A DNA stretch of 64,000 bases from a virus (taxonomy: Duplodnaviria > Heunggongvirae > Uroviricota > Caudoviricetes). The notes beneath the pieces were generated by a model. The model did not search any database, was not told where the DNA came from, and was given only the letters and a program-made list of their open reading frames with translations. Made by a program: the position numbers and the translations under genes. Shown one piece after another: positions 16,848 through 27,115 of this stretch. Position 1 is the first letter of the stretch; every line of letters starts with the position of its first letter. Location: the IMG/VR virus record IMGVR_UViG_3300044673_000278, positions 32,001 through 96,000 of that record; one strand, 5' to 3'.

Positions 16848-18932
16848 TTAGTTTACAGGTGTAACTGCGTTGGGGGGTGTAACTTCAAGCTGAGTGCTGG
16901 GTGTGATGTCTACTGCCAAACCGGCAGCAGAAAGTTGAGCTTGATTTTCGGCTTCGCGCAAGGCACCGACCACTGCTTGGCCAGTGAGTGTGGTTTGATC
17001 CACAACATTTTGCAAGAATTGGCTAGGACCGCAGGCTTGGTTTTGTGTACCAAATTGACTCAAAGCCTGTGTCAATGCATACACACTGACTTTCTCTCCT
17101 GCCAACAACTGGAAGTAGTCAATGCCGGCTTGATTCTGGTAGCCTTTTTCCCGGTTGAGATAGTTGGCTATGTAGTTCCAATCGGTGTTGAGCACAGTTA
17201 CTTGAGGGTTGGCACTGAGCGCAGCGATAGCAGAATTAGCATTGGCTATTTGTGTAAGCACCCCAGCGTCGTTGACCGCAGACAAAATTGCAATGTACGC
17301 ATTGTTTAGAGCAGTGAGACTGCCAGCGGTTTGCAAAGTATTGACCGCGGTTGTGGCAGTGGTCAAACGACTGGCATAGTCCCAATGATCAATTGCTGTG
17401 CCAATCACATCGCAAATAGTAATAGTACCGTTGGGGCCTGTGCCTGTGGCATTAGCGCTGGCATAACTGGATGCAACAGAACTGGGCACAGCAGAAGAGA
17501 GACTTTCAATCAGCGGCAAGCCAGCCATGGTGCTGAGACCGTCGGGAGTGTATGGTTGCCAGTAGGCGGTGTCAGTGATATTTGTACCCACGGGCACATC
17601 TTGCTGTGCTCTGTAAAAAGTTGTTGTTGGCAACAGTTGTGCCGGTCCAGCAGGAGAAGCCGCTGCCTCGGCAACCACATCATCAACAAGATATGGCACT
17701 GTAGGATCCCAAGCAGTGCGTGGCAGATCAGCAACAGTGGCGGCCAACACAGGGGCAGTGGGTTGATCCACATTGGTTATCTGTTGTAACGCAGACTGAA
17801 AGGCCTTGTTGGCCACAGCTTGATCGGGTGGGATTATCTTGCCTAGTTCATCACAGCCCGACGGTGTAGGCAGAATGGCGTTGACTACCGGAGCCAGTGT
17901 GAGGTTCACTGAGCCGTCGGGTAGGTAAATTGGCATTGGGCCCGATGCTGTAGGCATTTGCAGTGTTTGATAACTGTTGGGGAATATTTTTTGCAAGTTC
18001 AACAGATCCGCTGCGGTGTTGATATTGGGTGTGCTGATATCCAACACAGACAGCACGTCTTGTAAATCTGCACCGGTTACATTAGCAAGAGCTTGATAGG
18101 CAATTTTTTGCAGCTGATCAAACTCTTGTGCAGACAATCCACTGGGATTGAACAAACTCACGCGATTGTCATTGACTAGATTTCGTATTTCAGAATCTGT
18201 TAGTGCTCGTCTACTGTTGGTGTTGTTGGTGTTTTTTAGTTGTGCTACAACGGCTGGTAAAGAACTGCCTGTAGCACCAGACACCAAGGCCAGTTGCTGT
18301 AGCAAGCCTGCAGGTGTGCCAAATAATTCTAATTTTTTTGTGTTTATCAACTGACCTGTGTTGCGCAAATCCACAGCAAAGTCAGGCATGTCAGATGTAA
18401 CCAAACTGATGTTGTTGGTAATCAGGTTGTTCATGTCAGTGAATGTAGGACCGAGATAGGTCTGACTGTTTGACATGCTGTTGATAAAACTGTTTACAGT
18501 GTTTACATAACCCTGCACACCCAAGAATCCCTGTGCAAACTTGCCAACATCACCGTTGCCAAGGTATGCTGAACCAGTTTGTTCAATGAGGTTAGTGAAA
18601 CCTGATGGATCAATAGTGCTGAAATCTGTCACCGTGTTGATTGTGAGATACTCTGCAATCAAGTTTGGATACGAACCCACTGGACTGGCAGGTATGCTGT
18701 TGCCCAGGGCAGGACACACAGTACTACCAATGCTCATGAGTTGATCAAATGTGCTTTCAGTGAAGTAACTTTGTGCTTTGTAAAAGTTCACTGCTGCAAA
18801 GAAGTTTTGCATCACTGTGGTTGCGTTGTACTGATTGATTGCAGACACTAGCGCAGCTGGCAAAGTCTTTAAACCTTGATTGGCCAACAGCCCATTGGCT
18901 GCAATCAACTGCAGAGGTGTAACAATACCCAT
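16848..18932 (-). CDS. putative virion (baseplate/tail) protein with CBM5/12-like insert
   Basis: 694 aa, T/N/A/Q-rich, coupled to PAAR gene; WDPTVPYLVDDVV...YRA...YWQ. Confidence 0.65.
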   Translation of the reverse strand: MGIVTPLQLIAANGLLANQGLKTLPAALVSAINQYNATTVMQNFFAAVNFYKAQSYFTESTFDQLMSIGSTVCPALGNSIPASPVGSYPNLIAEYLTINTVTDFSTIDPSGFTNLIEQTGSAYLGNGDVGKFAQGFLGVQGYVNTVNSFINSMSNSQTYLGPTFTDMNNLITNNISLVTSDMPDFAVDLRNTGQLINTKKLELFGTPAGLLQQLALVSGATGSSLPAVVAQLKNTNNTNSRRALTDSEIRNLVNDNRVSLFNPSGLSAQEFDQLQKIAYQALANVTGADLQDVLSVLDISTPNINTAADLLNLQKIFPNSYQTLQMPTASGPMPIYLPDGSVNLTLAPVVNAILPTPSGCDELGKIIPPDQAVANKAFQSALQQITNVDQPTAPVLAATVADLPRTAWDPTVPYLVDDVVAEAAASPAGPAQLLPTTTFYRAQQDVPVGTNITDTAYWQPYTPDGLSTMAGLPLIESLSSAVPSSVASSYASANATGTGPNGTITICDVIGTAIDHWDYASRLTTATTAVNTLQTAGSLTALNNAYIAILSAVNDAGVLTQIANANSAIAALSANPQVTVLNTDWNYIANYLNREKGYQNQAGIDYFQLLAGEKVSVYALTQALSQFGTQNQACGPSQFLQNVVDQTTLTGQAVVGALREAENQAQLSAAGLAVDITPSTQLEVTPPNAVTPVN

Positions 18933-19222
18933 TATCCTACCCTTACATCAGCACTGCCACCTGCACGAGGATGACCGCAAGTATCAGAATCACCTGTTAC
19001 TACAATGGGCTGGCCACCTGCACGTACACTTGCAACACCCCCGGCAGTTTGTTGACTGCCGTTGTTGTGAGCATTACGCCCACGGCGTGGATATGGCGGA
19101 TGAGGAGTAACTGGTTGTGCAGGGATCATCACAGCTTGACCGTTGATTCGTACAGAAGGAACGCCACCTTGTGCTACTCCTCCTCCTGCATTTGAATCTC
19201 CGTTGCGCTGTGCTGCTGGCAT
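18932..19222 (-). CDS. PAAR spike-tip protein (gp5.4-like)
   Basis: MPAAQRNGD, SVRING, GD.DTCGH, GSADV. Confidence 0.88.
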   Translation of the reverse strand: MPAAQRNGDSNAGGGVAQGGVPSVRINGQAVMIPAQPVTPHPPYPRRGRNAHNNGSQQTAGGVASVRAGGQPIVVTGDSDTCGHPRAGGSADVRVG

Positions 19223-19223
19223 A

Positions 19224-19532
19224 TTATCCCAATATTAGTTTCTTTTCTGGCACTTTGATGCCAGTTGTTGCTTCTAGGTATTTCATTTTGACCGAGTCAT
19301 CAGTCCTTGATACCAGCGCAACGCTGTTAGTATTTAACCGAATTTCTTCCTTGGGATCAGCAGTAAACAAACTGGGCACCAGTCCCATGCCCTGTGGGCC
19401 AGGAGCAATGCTGACTGGCTCTTCTAGGGTGATCCAGTCGCCGCCGGACATTGTTACTTTGGCTACCATTTCTTCGCCAGAGTTCATTTTGAATGTGTAT
19501 ACTTGATTTGGTTCGAGTGCGATTTGCGTCAT
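19224..19532 (-). CDS. hypothetical protein, possible Sm-like fold
   Basis: KMNSGEE.VAK, ITLEEP, Y...TTGI. Confidence 0.7.
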   Translation of the reverse strand: MTQIALEPNQVYTFKMNSGEEMVAKVTMSGGDWITLEEPVSIAPGPQGMGLVPSLFTADPKEEIRLNTNSVALVSRTDDSVKMKYLEATTGIKVPEKKLILG

Positions 19533-19762
19533 ACTGTGCTTTCTGATAATTTGGCTCGTAGCTCCGTGAAACCACCAACAAGCTCTCCGTCAAGGAAAAT
19601 TTGTGGTACTGTGCGAGCTGTTGGCACAGCTTCTAATAGATCTTCTTTGGTATATCCGTCACCAATTTTGCGTTCTTCAAATTCGATGCCTTTGGCTGTC
19701 AACAGGGCTTTGGCTTGATCGCAATAGGGGCAGTGGTACTTGGACCATACAATGGCTTTCAT
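19529..19762 (-). CDS. grx: glutaredoxin
   Basis: CPYC, TVPQIF, VGGF; AAGGAG SD. Confidence 0.95.
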   Translation of the reverse strand: MKAIVWSKYHCPYCDQAKALLTAKGIEFEERKIGDGYTKEDLLEAVPTARTVPQIFLDGELVGGFTELRAKLSESTV

Positions 19763-19772
19763 AATATTCTCC

Positions 19773-20876
19773 TTATAGTTCTGGCAATGCATCGTAGTCC
19801 AGCGTGTCGCTCATGACTCCGATCACATAGTTAGTTGATTCGTTTTCCTGCAATGCAGTTTGTTTCTTGCTAGTGTCAACGTGTTTGTTGAACCATGGAA
19901 TGGGTGTAGATTTGGGTGCAGACTCAAGGTACTTGATGCCAATTTCTTTGAGGGCAGCGGCCGCAGTGTAGTCAACAAAGTCTTTCAAAATCTGTGCGTT
20001 GAGACCAATCACTGGCCCAAACTTGAATAGATAATCAGCCCAGGCTTTTTCTTCACGGATAACATCCATGTACATAGCATAGACTTCTGCTCGGCATTCA
20101 TCGGCAATGGCAGCAAAACGTGGATCTTCCTTGACCACTTGATTGATCAAGTATGCAGTCCAACCCTTGTGTAGTAGTTCGTCTTGTAGGATCAAACTGA
20201 TGATGTTGCCGTTGCCAATGAAGATCTTGTTCTCTACCATTGCTAGACTTGTAGCAAATGATACCATAAAGCGGAATGCTTCCAATGCGTAACTTGCGTG
20301 TAGTGCTAGATAGATTGCACGGATGTGTTCTTTTTCTCCCACCGATAGTGGATCAATTTCCTTCTGGCAATTTAATTTGTGCAGGTCGTCATAGTACCGG
20401 CCAACGCTGGAGGCCATGTCTACAATCTCTTTGGTGTCGTGGATGGTATTGAACACTTCCTTGGGCACGTTGTAGATGTTGCGGATAATGTGGCTGTAAC
20501 TGCGGCTGTGAATGTTGGTTTCAAAGAATGTCCAGTTGTAAACTAAACTTTCCAATTCAGGCAGACTTACCACAGGAGTAAAGATTTGACTTGGGCCGCG
20601 ACCTTGCAAACTGTCGAGAGCAGTTTGTCGCAAGAGATTGCTGGTAAAAATGTGTCGCACTGTTTCGCTGGCTTCTTTGAAGTCCACTGCATCTTTGGTC
20701 AATGAAATTTCTTCAGGAACCCAAAAGAATCCGCGGGCAGTTGTTTCAAAGTCTGCAACCTTTTTGTATTTGACTTCTTCAAACCGTTGAATAGTCACAG
20801 GACCAGCAGGATCCAAAAACATCTTGCGATTGAGATAATCTGTTTTTGTTGTTAAGTTGTATTGTTGTTTGCTCAT
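19773..20876 (-). CDS. nrdB: class Ia ribonucleotide reductase beta subunit
   Basis: FFWVPEE, LDSLQ, ETNIHSRSY, LEAFRF, DELLH, QE.E...Y. Confidence 0.96.
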   Translation of the reverse strand: MSKQQYNLTTKTDYLNRKMFLDPAGPVTIQRFEEVKYKKVADFETTARGFFWVPEEISLTKDAVDFKEASETVRHIFTSNLLRQTALDSLQGRGPSQIFTPVVSLPELESLVYNWTFFETNIHSRSYSHIIRNIYNVPKEVFNTIHDTKEIVDMASSVGRYYDDLHKLNCQKEIDPLSVGEKEHIRAIYLALHASYALEAFRFMVSFATSLAMVENKIFIGNGNIISLILQDELLHKGWTAYLINQVVKEDPRFAAIADECRAEVYAMYMDVIREEKAWADYLFKFGPVIGLNAQILKDFVDYTAAAALKEIGIKYLESAPKSTPIPWFNKHVDTSKKQTALQENESTNYVIGVMSDTLDYDALPEL

Positions 20877-20880
20877 ATCG

Positions 20881-21072
20881 TTACCAATGTCTAATTGTAT
20901 TTGCCATAATAAAGAAGCAGGTTACAATGTGTATTATAACCCAAAATGTCTTGAGCCACAAGGCTATTCGGGCTTCTCGCAAAGTTAGAATGGGAACATC
21001 AGGACGATCATGATCGTCCTTGCCCATGAGGTGGCCAGTGGCTCTGGCCCAGATTTTTTCAAAACTATTCAT
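20881..21072 (-). CDS. small membrane protein between nrdA and nrdB
   Basis: 63-aa ORF with C-terminal TM filling the gap. Confidence 0.65.
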   Translation of the reverse strand: MNSFEKIWARATGHLMGKDDHDRPDVPILTLREARIALWLKTFWVIIHIVTCFFIMANTIRHW

Positions 21073-21073
21073 A

Positions 21074-23392
21074 TCAGAGTTTGCATGCTTCGCAGTCTGC
21101 ATCATCTAACATTTCAATGTTGTTAGGCAACTCAACCAGTTCTTCCTGTTGCTTGCTACCTTGCTTGTTGATCAAGCTGTAGTAGAAAGTCTTGATGCCC
21201 CAGTGATGTGCCAACATCAAGTTACGGGCAATCAATGTGGTAGGAACCTTGCGCTCAGGGAAGTGTGCTGGATTGTAGAATGTGTTAGTAGAAATTGACT
21301 GATCCACGTAGACCTGCAACACAGCGGCTGTCTTGAGATAACCTTCGCAATTGGTTTGATCCCACATCAGTTGATACTTGTTCTTGAGTCTGTGATACTC
21401 AGGCACAACTTGTGTGAATGATCCTGCTTTTGATTCCTTGGTAGAGATCAAACTCATGGGCATTTCGATGCCGTTGGTAGAGTTGATTACCACTGAACTA
21501 GACTCCACAGGAGCAATAGCCATCAGTGTGGCATTGCGAACGCCCCAAGACCGCATTTCTGCACGTAGACCTTCCCAGTTCAATTCTGGTTTAAAATTGG
21601 TCAGTTCGTTGACACCCTCAGAACGACGTTCCCAGGGGAAAATGCCTTGGCCATAAAATGTACGATCACTATCCTTGCAACGGCCGCGCTCTTTAGCAAG
21701 TTCAACACTGGCTTCTGTAAGATAAAACGCCTGATGTTCCATCCAAGTCTTGACTTCAGCAAGTGCATCCGACTCACCGTATTGTAGGCTTCGCTTGGCG
21801 TGCCAGTAAGCAAGATTAGTAACTCCAATGCCCAAAGGCTGGATCTCGTCGTTGGATAGCTTGCTCTGAATCGAGAGAAAGTCCTGGTAGTCAAGGATGT
21901 TGCACAGGCTTCTTTGAAGAATACGGCAAGCGCGGCGCATGTCCTCAGGATGGCGGAACGCACCCCAGTTGATAGATCCAAGTGTGCAAAGAGCGATACG
22001 TCCCTCGGCATCGTCCAGGCGTTTGAAAGGTTTTGTAGGAAGTAGAATTTCACAGCAAAGGTTACTCTGGTAAATGGTATGGTACTCAGGATCAAACGGT
22101 CCCTGGTTCATCACATTGTCGATAAACACAAGATAAATGCGACCTGTGTCTGTACGCTCTTTGAGAATGCCGCCTTTGAACACATCCTCGGCTGACATTG
22201 TTTTCTTTCTCAGCGTAGAGTCAGATTCATACTGTACATACAGTTCTTCAAACTTTGCAGTGTCTTTGTAGAATGCTTCGTACAGGTCCGGGACTTCGTT
22301 GGGGTCAAAGAAGGTAATGTTTTCTTTGTTTTTAAAACGGCGCCAGAAAAATGCACTGAGTACAACTCCGTAGTCCATGTGTCGAACACGGGTTTCTTCT
22401 GTGCCTTGATTGTTCTTGAGCACAATAAGGTCATCAAATTGATGATGCCAGATGGGATAGAAAACTGTGGCACTGGCGTTGCGAATGCCACCTTGTGAAC
22501 AACTGCGTAGGTCACCAAACCACTTCTTCAAGAAGGGAATCATGCCGGTGTGCATGATCTCGCCACCACGAATAGGGCTACCCAGCGGACGCAGACGACC
22601 AATCTCCAAGCCAATACCAGCACGTTTGCTGGCATACTTGGCCATCATTTCGCCACTAGCAAAAATGCTATCAAGGTCATCATCGCTGCGAATAAGAACA
22701 CAGGATGAGAATTGCTTAGTGGGAGTACCAAGGCCTGCCAACACAGGAGTAGCCAAAGTAAAAAGGCCGTCACTTGCCGCATTGTAATACTCTTTGATAT
22801 AGCGCATGCGAGCTGAGTTAGGTTCTTCTTTATGAAACACAGTGGCTGCTGCAACCATGTAACGAACTTGTGGTGTTTCATAGATTTGTCCTGTGGCACG
22901 ATTTTTAACTAGATATTTTTCAATCAGTTGTTCAATGGCTGCATAGCCATATTGCTCATCTTTTTCGTGATCGATGAACTCTTCCATGCGGTTCCAGTCT
23001 GCTTCTGAGTACCATTCCAGCAGCTCAGGAGTGTACAAGCCCACAGCCACATTGCGCTTGATTATTTCGTACAGGTGCGGGGGTTGATAGTCACCATACA
23101 CATCTTTGCGCAGCATTGACAGGCGCTGTTTACCAGCAACATATTGATAGTTGGTATGACCTACGTCGGGATTGGCTTCTACGTCAATCAAATCCACACA
23201 AGCTCGCAGTGTAATACCGTCAATTTCTTTGGTTGTTATACCATCATAAAAGTGCAGTTGAGCTTTGATTTCGATCATTGACTGACTGACGTCAGCAATT
23301 CCTTGGCATACTTTTGCAACTTGAGTTTGCCATTTTTCGATATGCAACGGCTCGCGGCTGCCGTCGCGTTTGACAACTGTAATTTGTTTCAT
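21074..23392 (-). CDS. nrdA: class Ia ribonucleotide reductase alpha subunit
   Basis: ATP cone VVKRDG, FSSC, SQGG, SNLCCE, KTFYY, C-terminal CEAC. Confidence 0.97.
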   Translation of the reverse strand: MKQITVVKRDGSREPLHIEKWQTQVAKVCQGIADVSQSMIEIKAQLHFYDGITTKEIDGITLRACVDLIDVEANPDVGHTNYQYVAGKQRLSMLRKDVYGDYQPPHLYEIIKRNVAVGLYTPELLEWYSEADWNRMEEFIDHEKDEQYGYAAIEQLIEKYLVKNRATGQIYETPQVRYMVAAATVFHKEEPNSARMRYIKEYYNAASDGLFTLATPVLAGLGTPTKQFSSCVLIRSDDDLDSIFASGEMMAKYASKRAGIGLEIGRLRPLGSPIRGGEIMHTGMIPFLKKWFGDLRSCSQGGIRNASATVFYPIWHHQFDDLIVLKNNQGTEETRVRHMDYGVVLSAFFWRRFKNKENITFFDPNEVPDLYEAFYKDTAKFEELYVQYESDSTLRKKTMSAEDVFKGGILKERTDTGRIYLVFIDNVMNQGPFDPEYHTIYQSNLCCEILLPTKPFKRLDDAEGRIALCTLGSINWGAFRHPEDMRRACRILQRSLCNILDYQDFLSIQSKLSNDEIQPLGIGVTNLAYWHAKRSLQYGESDALAEVKTWMEHQAFYLTEASVELAKERGRCKDSDRTFYGQGIFPWERRSEGVNELTNFKPELNWEGLRAEMRSWGVRNATLMAIAPVESSSVVINSTNGIEMPMSLISTKESKAGSFTQVVPEYHRLKNKYQLMWDQTNCEGYLKTAAVLQVYVDQSISTNTFYNPAHFPERKVPTTLIARNLMLAHHWGIKTFYYSLINKQGSKQQEELVELPNNIEMLDDADCEACKL

Positions 23393-23399
23393 TTTATCC

Positions 23400-23825
23400 T
23401 TAACGAATTTTTTGTTTTAATTCTTGCTGACTAATGCGCCGCCGCAAGTTTTTGCTATTTGGACTGATATTTAATGGAGATAGGCCTGACCAATTCAATA
23501 TATATTTCCCCCGACCGATTAGGACTAAATTGTCCCCATCAACCTCGGTCAACACAGCATCCTGCAGATCTGCGCGATCAATCAATGTAATAGTATACAG
23601 GATTCCTAGGCCTCTTGCAAGCCCGCAATAGATATTGTCGTCCAATAATTGCCAGGGATCGGGCCAAGTTTCTCGATCATCCCAATGTAAATGGTAAGGG
23701 CACCAAGGTGTTTGTTGCCACCAAGCATCCAATTGTTTGATACAAGTTTCTAAGTCCGCAGACCCACACTGCTCTCGCAGTGTGTTCCAAGCCTGTAGAC
23801 GTTCAGGGAAAGTTTTATGCCACAT
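23400..23825 (-). CDS. hypothetical protein
   Basis: 141-aa ORF with WPDPWQL motif, coupled to the upstream gene. Confidence 0.75.
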   Translation of the reverse strand: MWHKTFPERLQAWNTLREQCGSADLETCIKQLDAWWQQTPWCPYHLHWDDRETWPDPWQLLDDNIYCGLARGLGILYTITLIDRADLQDAVLTEVDGDNLVLIGRGKYILNWSGLSPLNISPNSKNLRRRISQQELKQKIR

Positions 23826-25606
23826 TAAGCAAAGTGTGTGATGCTGTAGTAAATGGTTCCGTCAAATCCAGTGGATGTAGCAGTGTATGCCACAGTTATG
23901 TCATCACCTGTTTGTGACACTGACAAAGTAATACCAGTTGAACTGTTTTCGCTGTATTCGTCGTTGTAGCTCAGCACATATCCATCAGCAGCTTGAACTG
24001 CCAACACACCGGTTCTCAATGTAAATGCACCCGCAGTGGCTTCGCGTTTTATTGTGTAGTTCATAGAGAAACTACTGAATCCACCGCCGGTGACTGATGC
24101 AGCAGAATCAATTACAAACAGTGTTTGGGTGGTAGCTGCATCTTCCAGTGTGGCTTGTTGGCCAACTTCGCGAGTGTAGCTTCCAACTTGAAACTTGCTG
24201 GATCCGTTGTAGCCCACGCTCAGCGGAATAGTAGAGGTATCTGTGTTGTAGATTTGAATTCTTGGCTGAGTCAGTGCCTGTGTATCATTGCGTTGGAACA
24301 GATCGCCCACGCTGACATTGTTGTCAGCATTGATGCTGATGATTGGTGTCTGTGGCTGTGTGACGCCAAAGAAGTTGTTGCCCACGTCATAGAAAGTGTT
24401 GTAACCGCTGGCATTGAGACCGCAGTTTTCCATTACAATACCTTCGGCAAAGATCTTGTCAAATTCGTTGTGAACAATTCGCACGCCAGTTGGTCCACCG
24501 TTGTCCACAGTGACACCACCAAGATACACACCTTGGTACAGTGTGTTAAATTGTCCGTTGCTGACTGTGATGCCTCTAACTGCTTGGTCGGTGCTGACAG
24601 CATAGGTCGCGCCAAAGAACTTGCATTTGTCCAGGGTGATTTGTGTAGGTGGAACTTCAGCTGTACCGTTGAATACCACACAGCTTAGATCATCAACATC
24701 AGTGTCGAGGTCAACTTCGCCCAACGGTCCAGCAAAATTACAACTGTCAAAATATCCCTGTTGTAGTTGGTTAATACTGCAAATCTGATGATTACCTACT
24801 TCTGTGGTTTGAAAAGTAATGCCCGAGATTTCAACATTTCGAGGAGCAATCGCACCATTGGTACCAATGTTTACGCCAGTTTGTTGTAGACTGTCGGAAG
24901 TTTCAATCACAAATTCTGGCAGGGTAGTTGGATCCCAGTACGTAGTGTTGGTAATCAAAATACCAGTGGGTGGAACTGCGGCCACGGATCTATAGTAGTT
25001 AAACACACCCGGTGTCACGGACTCAACTTTGACCAACACACCTTCGGCATAGGCTGTGTTTGCTGCCCACTCTTGCACTTCAAACAAGAAAATTGTTGAG
25101 TCGGCACCTTCGCCGTAGAGCTTGGCAAAGGGAGGAATCTTTATAGTATCAGTGATAATGTATGTGCCTGCTGGGAAAAACAAGCTGCGGCGTATTTGTG
25201 TGTTTGATTGCACACAGTACATTTGAAACAATGCTCGATTGATAGCAGCAGTGTCGTCGGTGTCGCCGTTGCCAGTGACACCAAACACAGTAGACACAGC
25301 ATAGCTGTCTAGTCTACTTTGTATGCTTTGACTTACAGGATCACCCGAGGTAGGGCCTGTTTGCACAGTGTAGCCAGCAGCTTGACCTTTGTAGGTATAG
25401 GCTGACGCCAGGCTCAACACATCAGTGAATTCAGTTAGAATTTCTGTGTTTCCAACAACCGGAGCACCTTCGGCAATTTCTCCGTTGCCGATAAACAGTC
25501 TACGTTGGTCAACAGCCCAACCAAATTCGGCCGCTGCCAGCGGTTGTGGTAGGTCTTCCAGCAGACCCTGACGTTGGGTTATTCTTGATATTTGTACAAT
25601 TGCCAC
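23825..25606 (-). CDS. tail fibre/spike protein with pectate-lyase-like beta-helix
   Basis: AEFGWAVDQRRLFIGNG N-terminus; FGVTGNGDTDDTAAI..A, FPAGTY; CBM-like WAANTAY. Confidence 0.75.
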   Translation of the reverse strand: MAIVQISRITQRQGLLEDLPQPLAAAEFGWAVDQRRLFIGNGEIAEGAPVVGNTEILTEFTDVLSLASAYTYKGQAAGYTVQTGPTSGDPVSQSIQSRLDSYAVSTVFGVTGNGDTDDTAAINRALFQMYCVQSNTQIRRSLFFPAGTYIITDTIKIPPFAKLYGEGADSTIFLFEVQEWAANTAYAEGVLVKVESVTPGVFNYYRSVAAVPPTGILITNTTYWDPTTLPEFVIETSDSLQQTGVNIGTNGAIAPRNVEISGITFQTTEVGNHQICSINQLQQGYFDSCNFAGPLGEVDLDTDVDDLSCVVFNGTAEVPPTQITLDKCKFFGATYAVSTDQAVRGITVSNGQFNTLYQGVYLGGVTVDNGGPTGVRIVHNEFDKIFAEGIVMENCGLNASGYNTFYDVGNNFFGVTQPQTPIISINADNNVSVGDLFQRNDTQALTQPRIQIYNTDTSTIPLSVGYNGSSKFQVGSYTREVGQQATLEDAATTQTLFVIDSAASVTGGGFSSFSMNYTIKREATAGAFTLRTGVLAVQAADGYVLSYNDEYSENSSTGITLSVSQTGDDITVAYTATSTGFDGTIYYSITHFA

Positions 25607-25635
25607 AGTGTGATTCCTTACAAGGTATCACATAT

Positions 25636-26346
25636 TTAGCGTGTTAGATAGTACAATTCAACTCGCTTCATCCACTCATTGCTCCAGTGAGCAAACTCAT
25701 CTTTGTTGACTTCAAATTCCAAGTATTCCGGAGTGCTATATGTGCCATCTGCCAGCAGTTTGGGCTGACATGCCATCAAAATTACACCGTCTTGTATATT
25801 GGTACCATGCATTTCGTTGTGTGCAGCAGCATAGGCAGCAAGTTGCAAGAAATAGTCTTCGATCCACTCACGCTTTTTGGGCTTGTTGGTTTGTTTGAAG
25901 TCCATGATTGCAGGACGTCCTTTCCACACACCCAACAAGTCTGTGGTGCCTGCATATAACCCACTATAATACAGAGGAACTTCAACGCCCCAATATTCGT
26001 CCACATTCTGCAGGCCTTTGAGAATGATTTCTGCTGCCATAAACCAGCTGGGATGAGCATAGGGGTTTGAAGGCAGTGGTTTCATGTCCCCGGACATGAT
26101 GTAGGTTTCAAGATAGGCGTGCATGCGTGTGCCACGGTTAGCAGCTTCTGTGGTAATTTCTTGAGCACGTTTTTCACCCACTGCCTTTTTCCAGTTGGCC
26201 AAGGCTTCGCGTTTTTCCTGCGGTTTGGTTTTGTCAAGAATTGTAGTTACACTGGGTACCTTTGAACCGTCGGGCAAGCAATAGTGTCGTTTGCCGTCGA
26301 TGGTTGTACGGTCCAGAGGTGTGTAGTTGTATCGAGCTGTGATCAT
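25636..26346 (-). CDS. PD-(D/E)XK exonuclease
   Basis: PSVTTIL, GTRMH, YAGTTD, DFKQ, QLAAY. Confidence 0.88.
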   Translation of the reverse strand: MITARYNYTPLDRTTIDGKRHYCLPDGSKVPSVTTILDKTKPQEKREALANWKKAVGEKRAQEITTEAANRGTRMHAYLETYIMSGDMKPLPSNPYAHPSWFMAAEIILKGLQNVDEYWGVEVPLYYSGLYAGTTDLLGVWKGRPAIMDFKQTNKPKKREWIEDYFLQLAAYAAAHNEMHGTNIQDGVILMACQPKLLADGTYSTPEYLEFEVNKDEFAHWSNEWMKRVELYYLTR

Positions 26347-26792
26347 ATTTTGTTTACTTCAATTCCTGATTTTTGCAGAAAATCAATCCCGCTACTATCC
26401 CTATACTCACTGCCAAACCAAACCCTAGAAATACCGGATTGGTAGATAAGTTTGGCACAATCAAGGCAAGGAGCATGAGTAACAAATATATCAGCACCAA
26501 CCCCGCTGTTATGACTTCTAGCCAATTTTGCAATCGCGTTCGATTCAGCATGTAAAACCTCTGGTCTTGTTCGTAATTCTTTGATTTCTTTTTGTGGCAC
26601 ACCGTCGACCACAGCTACAACCACTTCATGCTCGCAGTTGTTGTCCCAACCTGCTGGCATACCGTTGTAACCATAGCTGATCACTGTGTCATCTTTGACA
26701 ATCACAGCACCTACATGCAAACGACGAGCATGACTGAGTTCGGCGGTGCGTCGAGCCCAGTCCATGTATAAATCAATGTATTTTTGTTTCAA
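26343..26792 (-). CDS. dCMP deaminase
   Basis: GYNG, HAESNAI, PCLDC. Confidence 0.94.
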   Translation of the reverse strand: MKQKYIDLYMDWARRTAELSHARRLHVGAVIVKDDTVISYGYNGMPAGWDNNCEHEVVVAVVDGVPQKEIKELRTRPEVLHAESNAIAKLARSHNSGVGADIFVTHAPCLDCAKLIYQSGISRVWFGSEYRDSSGIDFLQKSGIEVNKI

Positions 26793-27115
26793 ACTCTAAA
26801 ACTTTCTCCGCAACCGCAGCGGTCGCGCTCATTGGGATTACTAAATTCAAAACCTTCGTTGAGCCCATTGCGCACATAGTCCACAGTCACACCTTGTAGA
26901 TATGGTAGACTTTTGGCATCAACCAACACCACAAAATCCGGCTGTGCAAAATTTGTCACGCCTGGTTCAGCTTCGTAACTGTCTACGTATTCTAACACAT
27001 AAGCAAGCCCTGAGCAACCAGTGGTTTTGACACCGATTCGGATGCCCAGACCTCGACCACGTCGTGCTAGTTGATTTCGAATTTTTCGGGCAGCAGCATC
27101 AGTGATTGTGATCAT
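26789..27115 (-). CDS. iscA: Fe-S cluster A-type carrier IscA
   Basis: KTTGCSGLAY, NPN, CGCGESF. Confidence 0.96.
   Translation of the reverse strand: MITITDAAARKIRNQLARRGRGLGIRIGVKTTGCSGLAYVLEYVDSYEAEPGVTNFAQPDFVVLVDAKSLPYLQGVTVDYVRNGLNEGFEFSNPNERDRCGCGESFRV

Noticed and set aside
20881-21072. Homing endonuclease or intron between nrdA and nrdB
   Set aside because: Only a 63-aa TM peptide; no HNH/GIY-YIG motif, and both nrd genes are uninterrupted
25636-26346. Cas4 / CRISPR adaptation gene
   Set aside because: PD-(D/E)XK fold but lacks the four-Cys Fe-S motif; no array nearby
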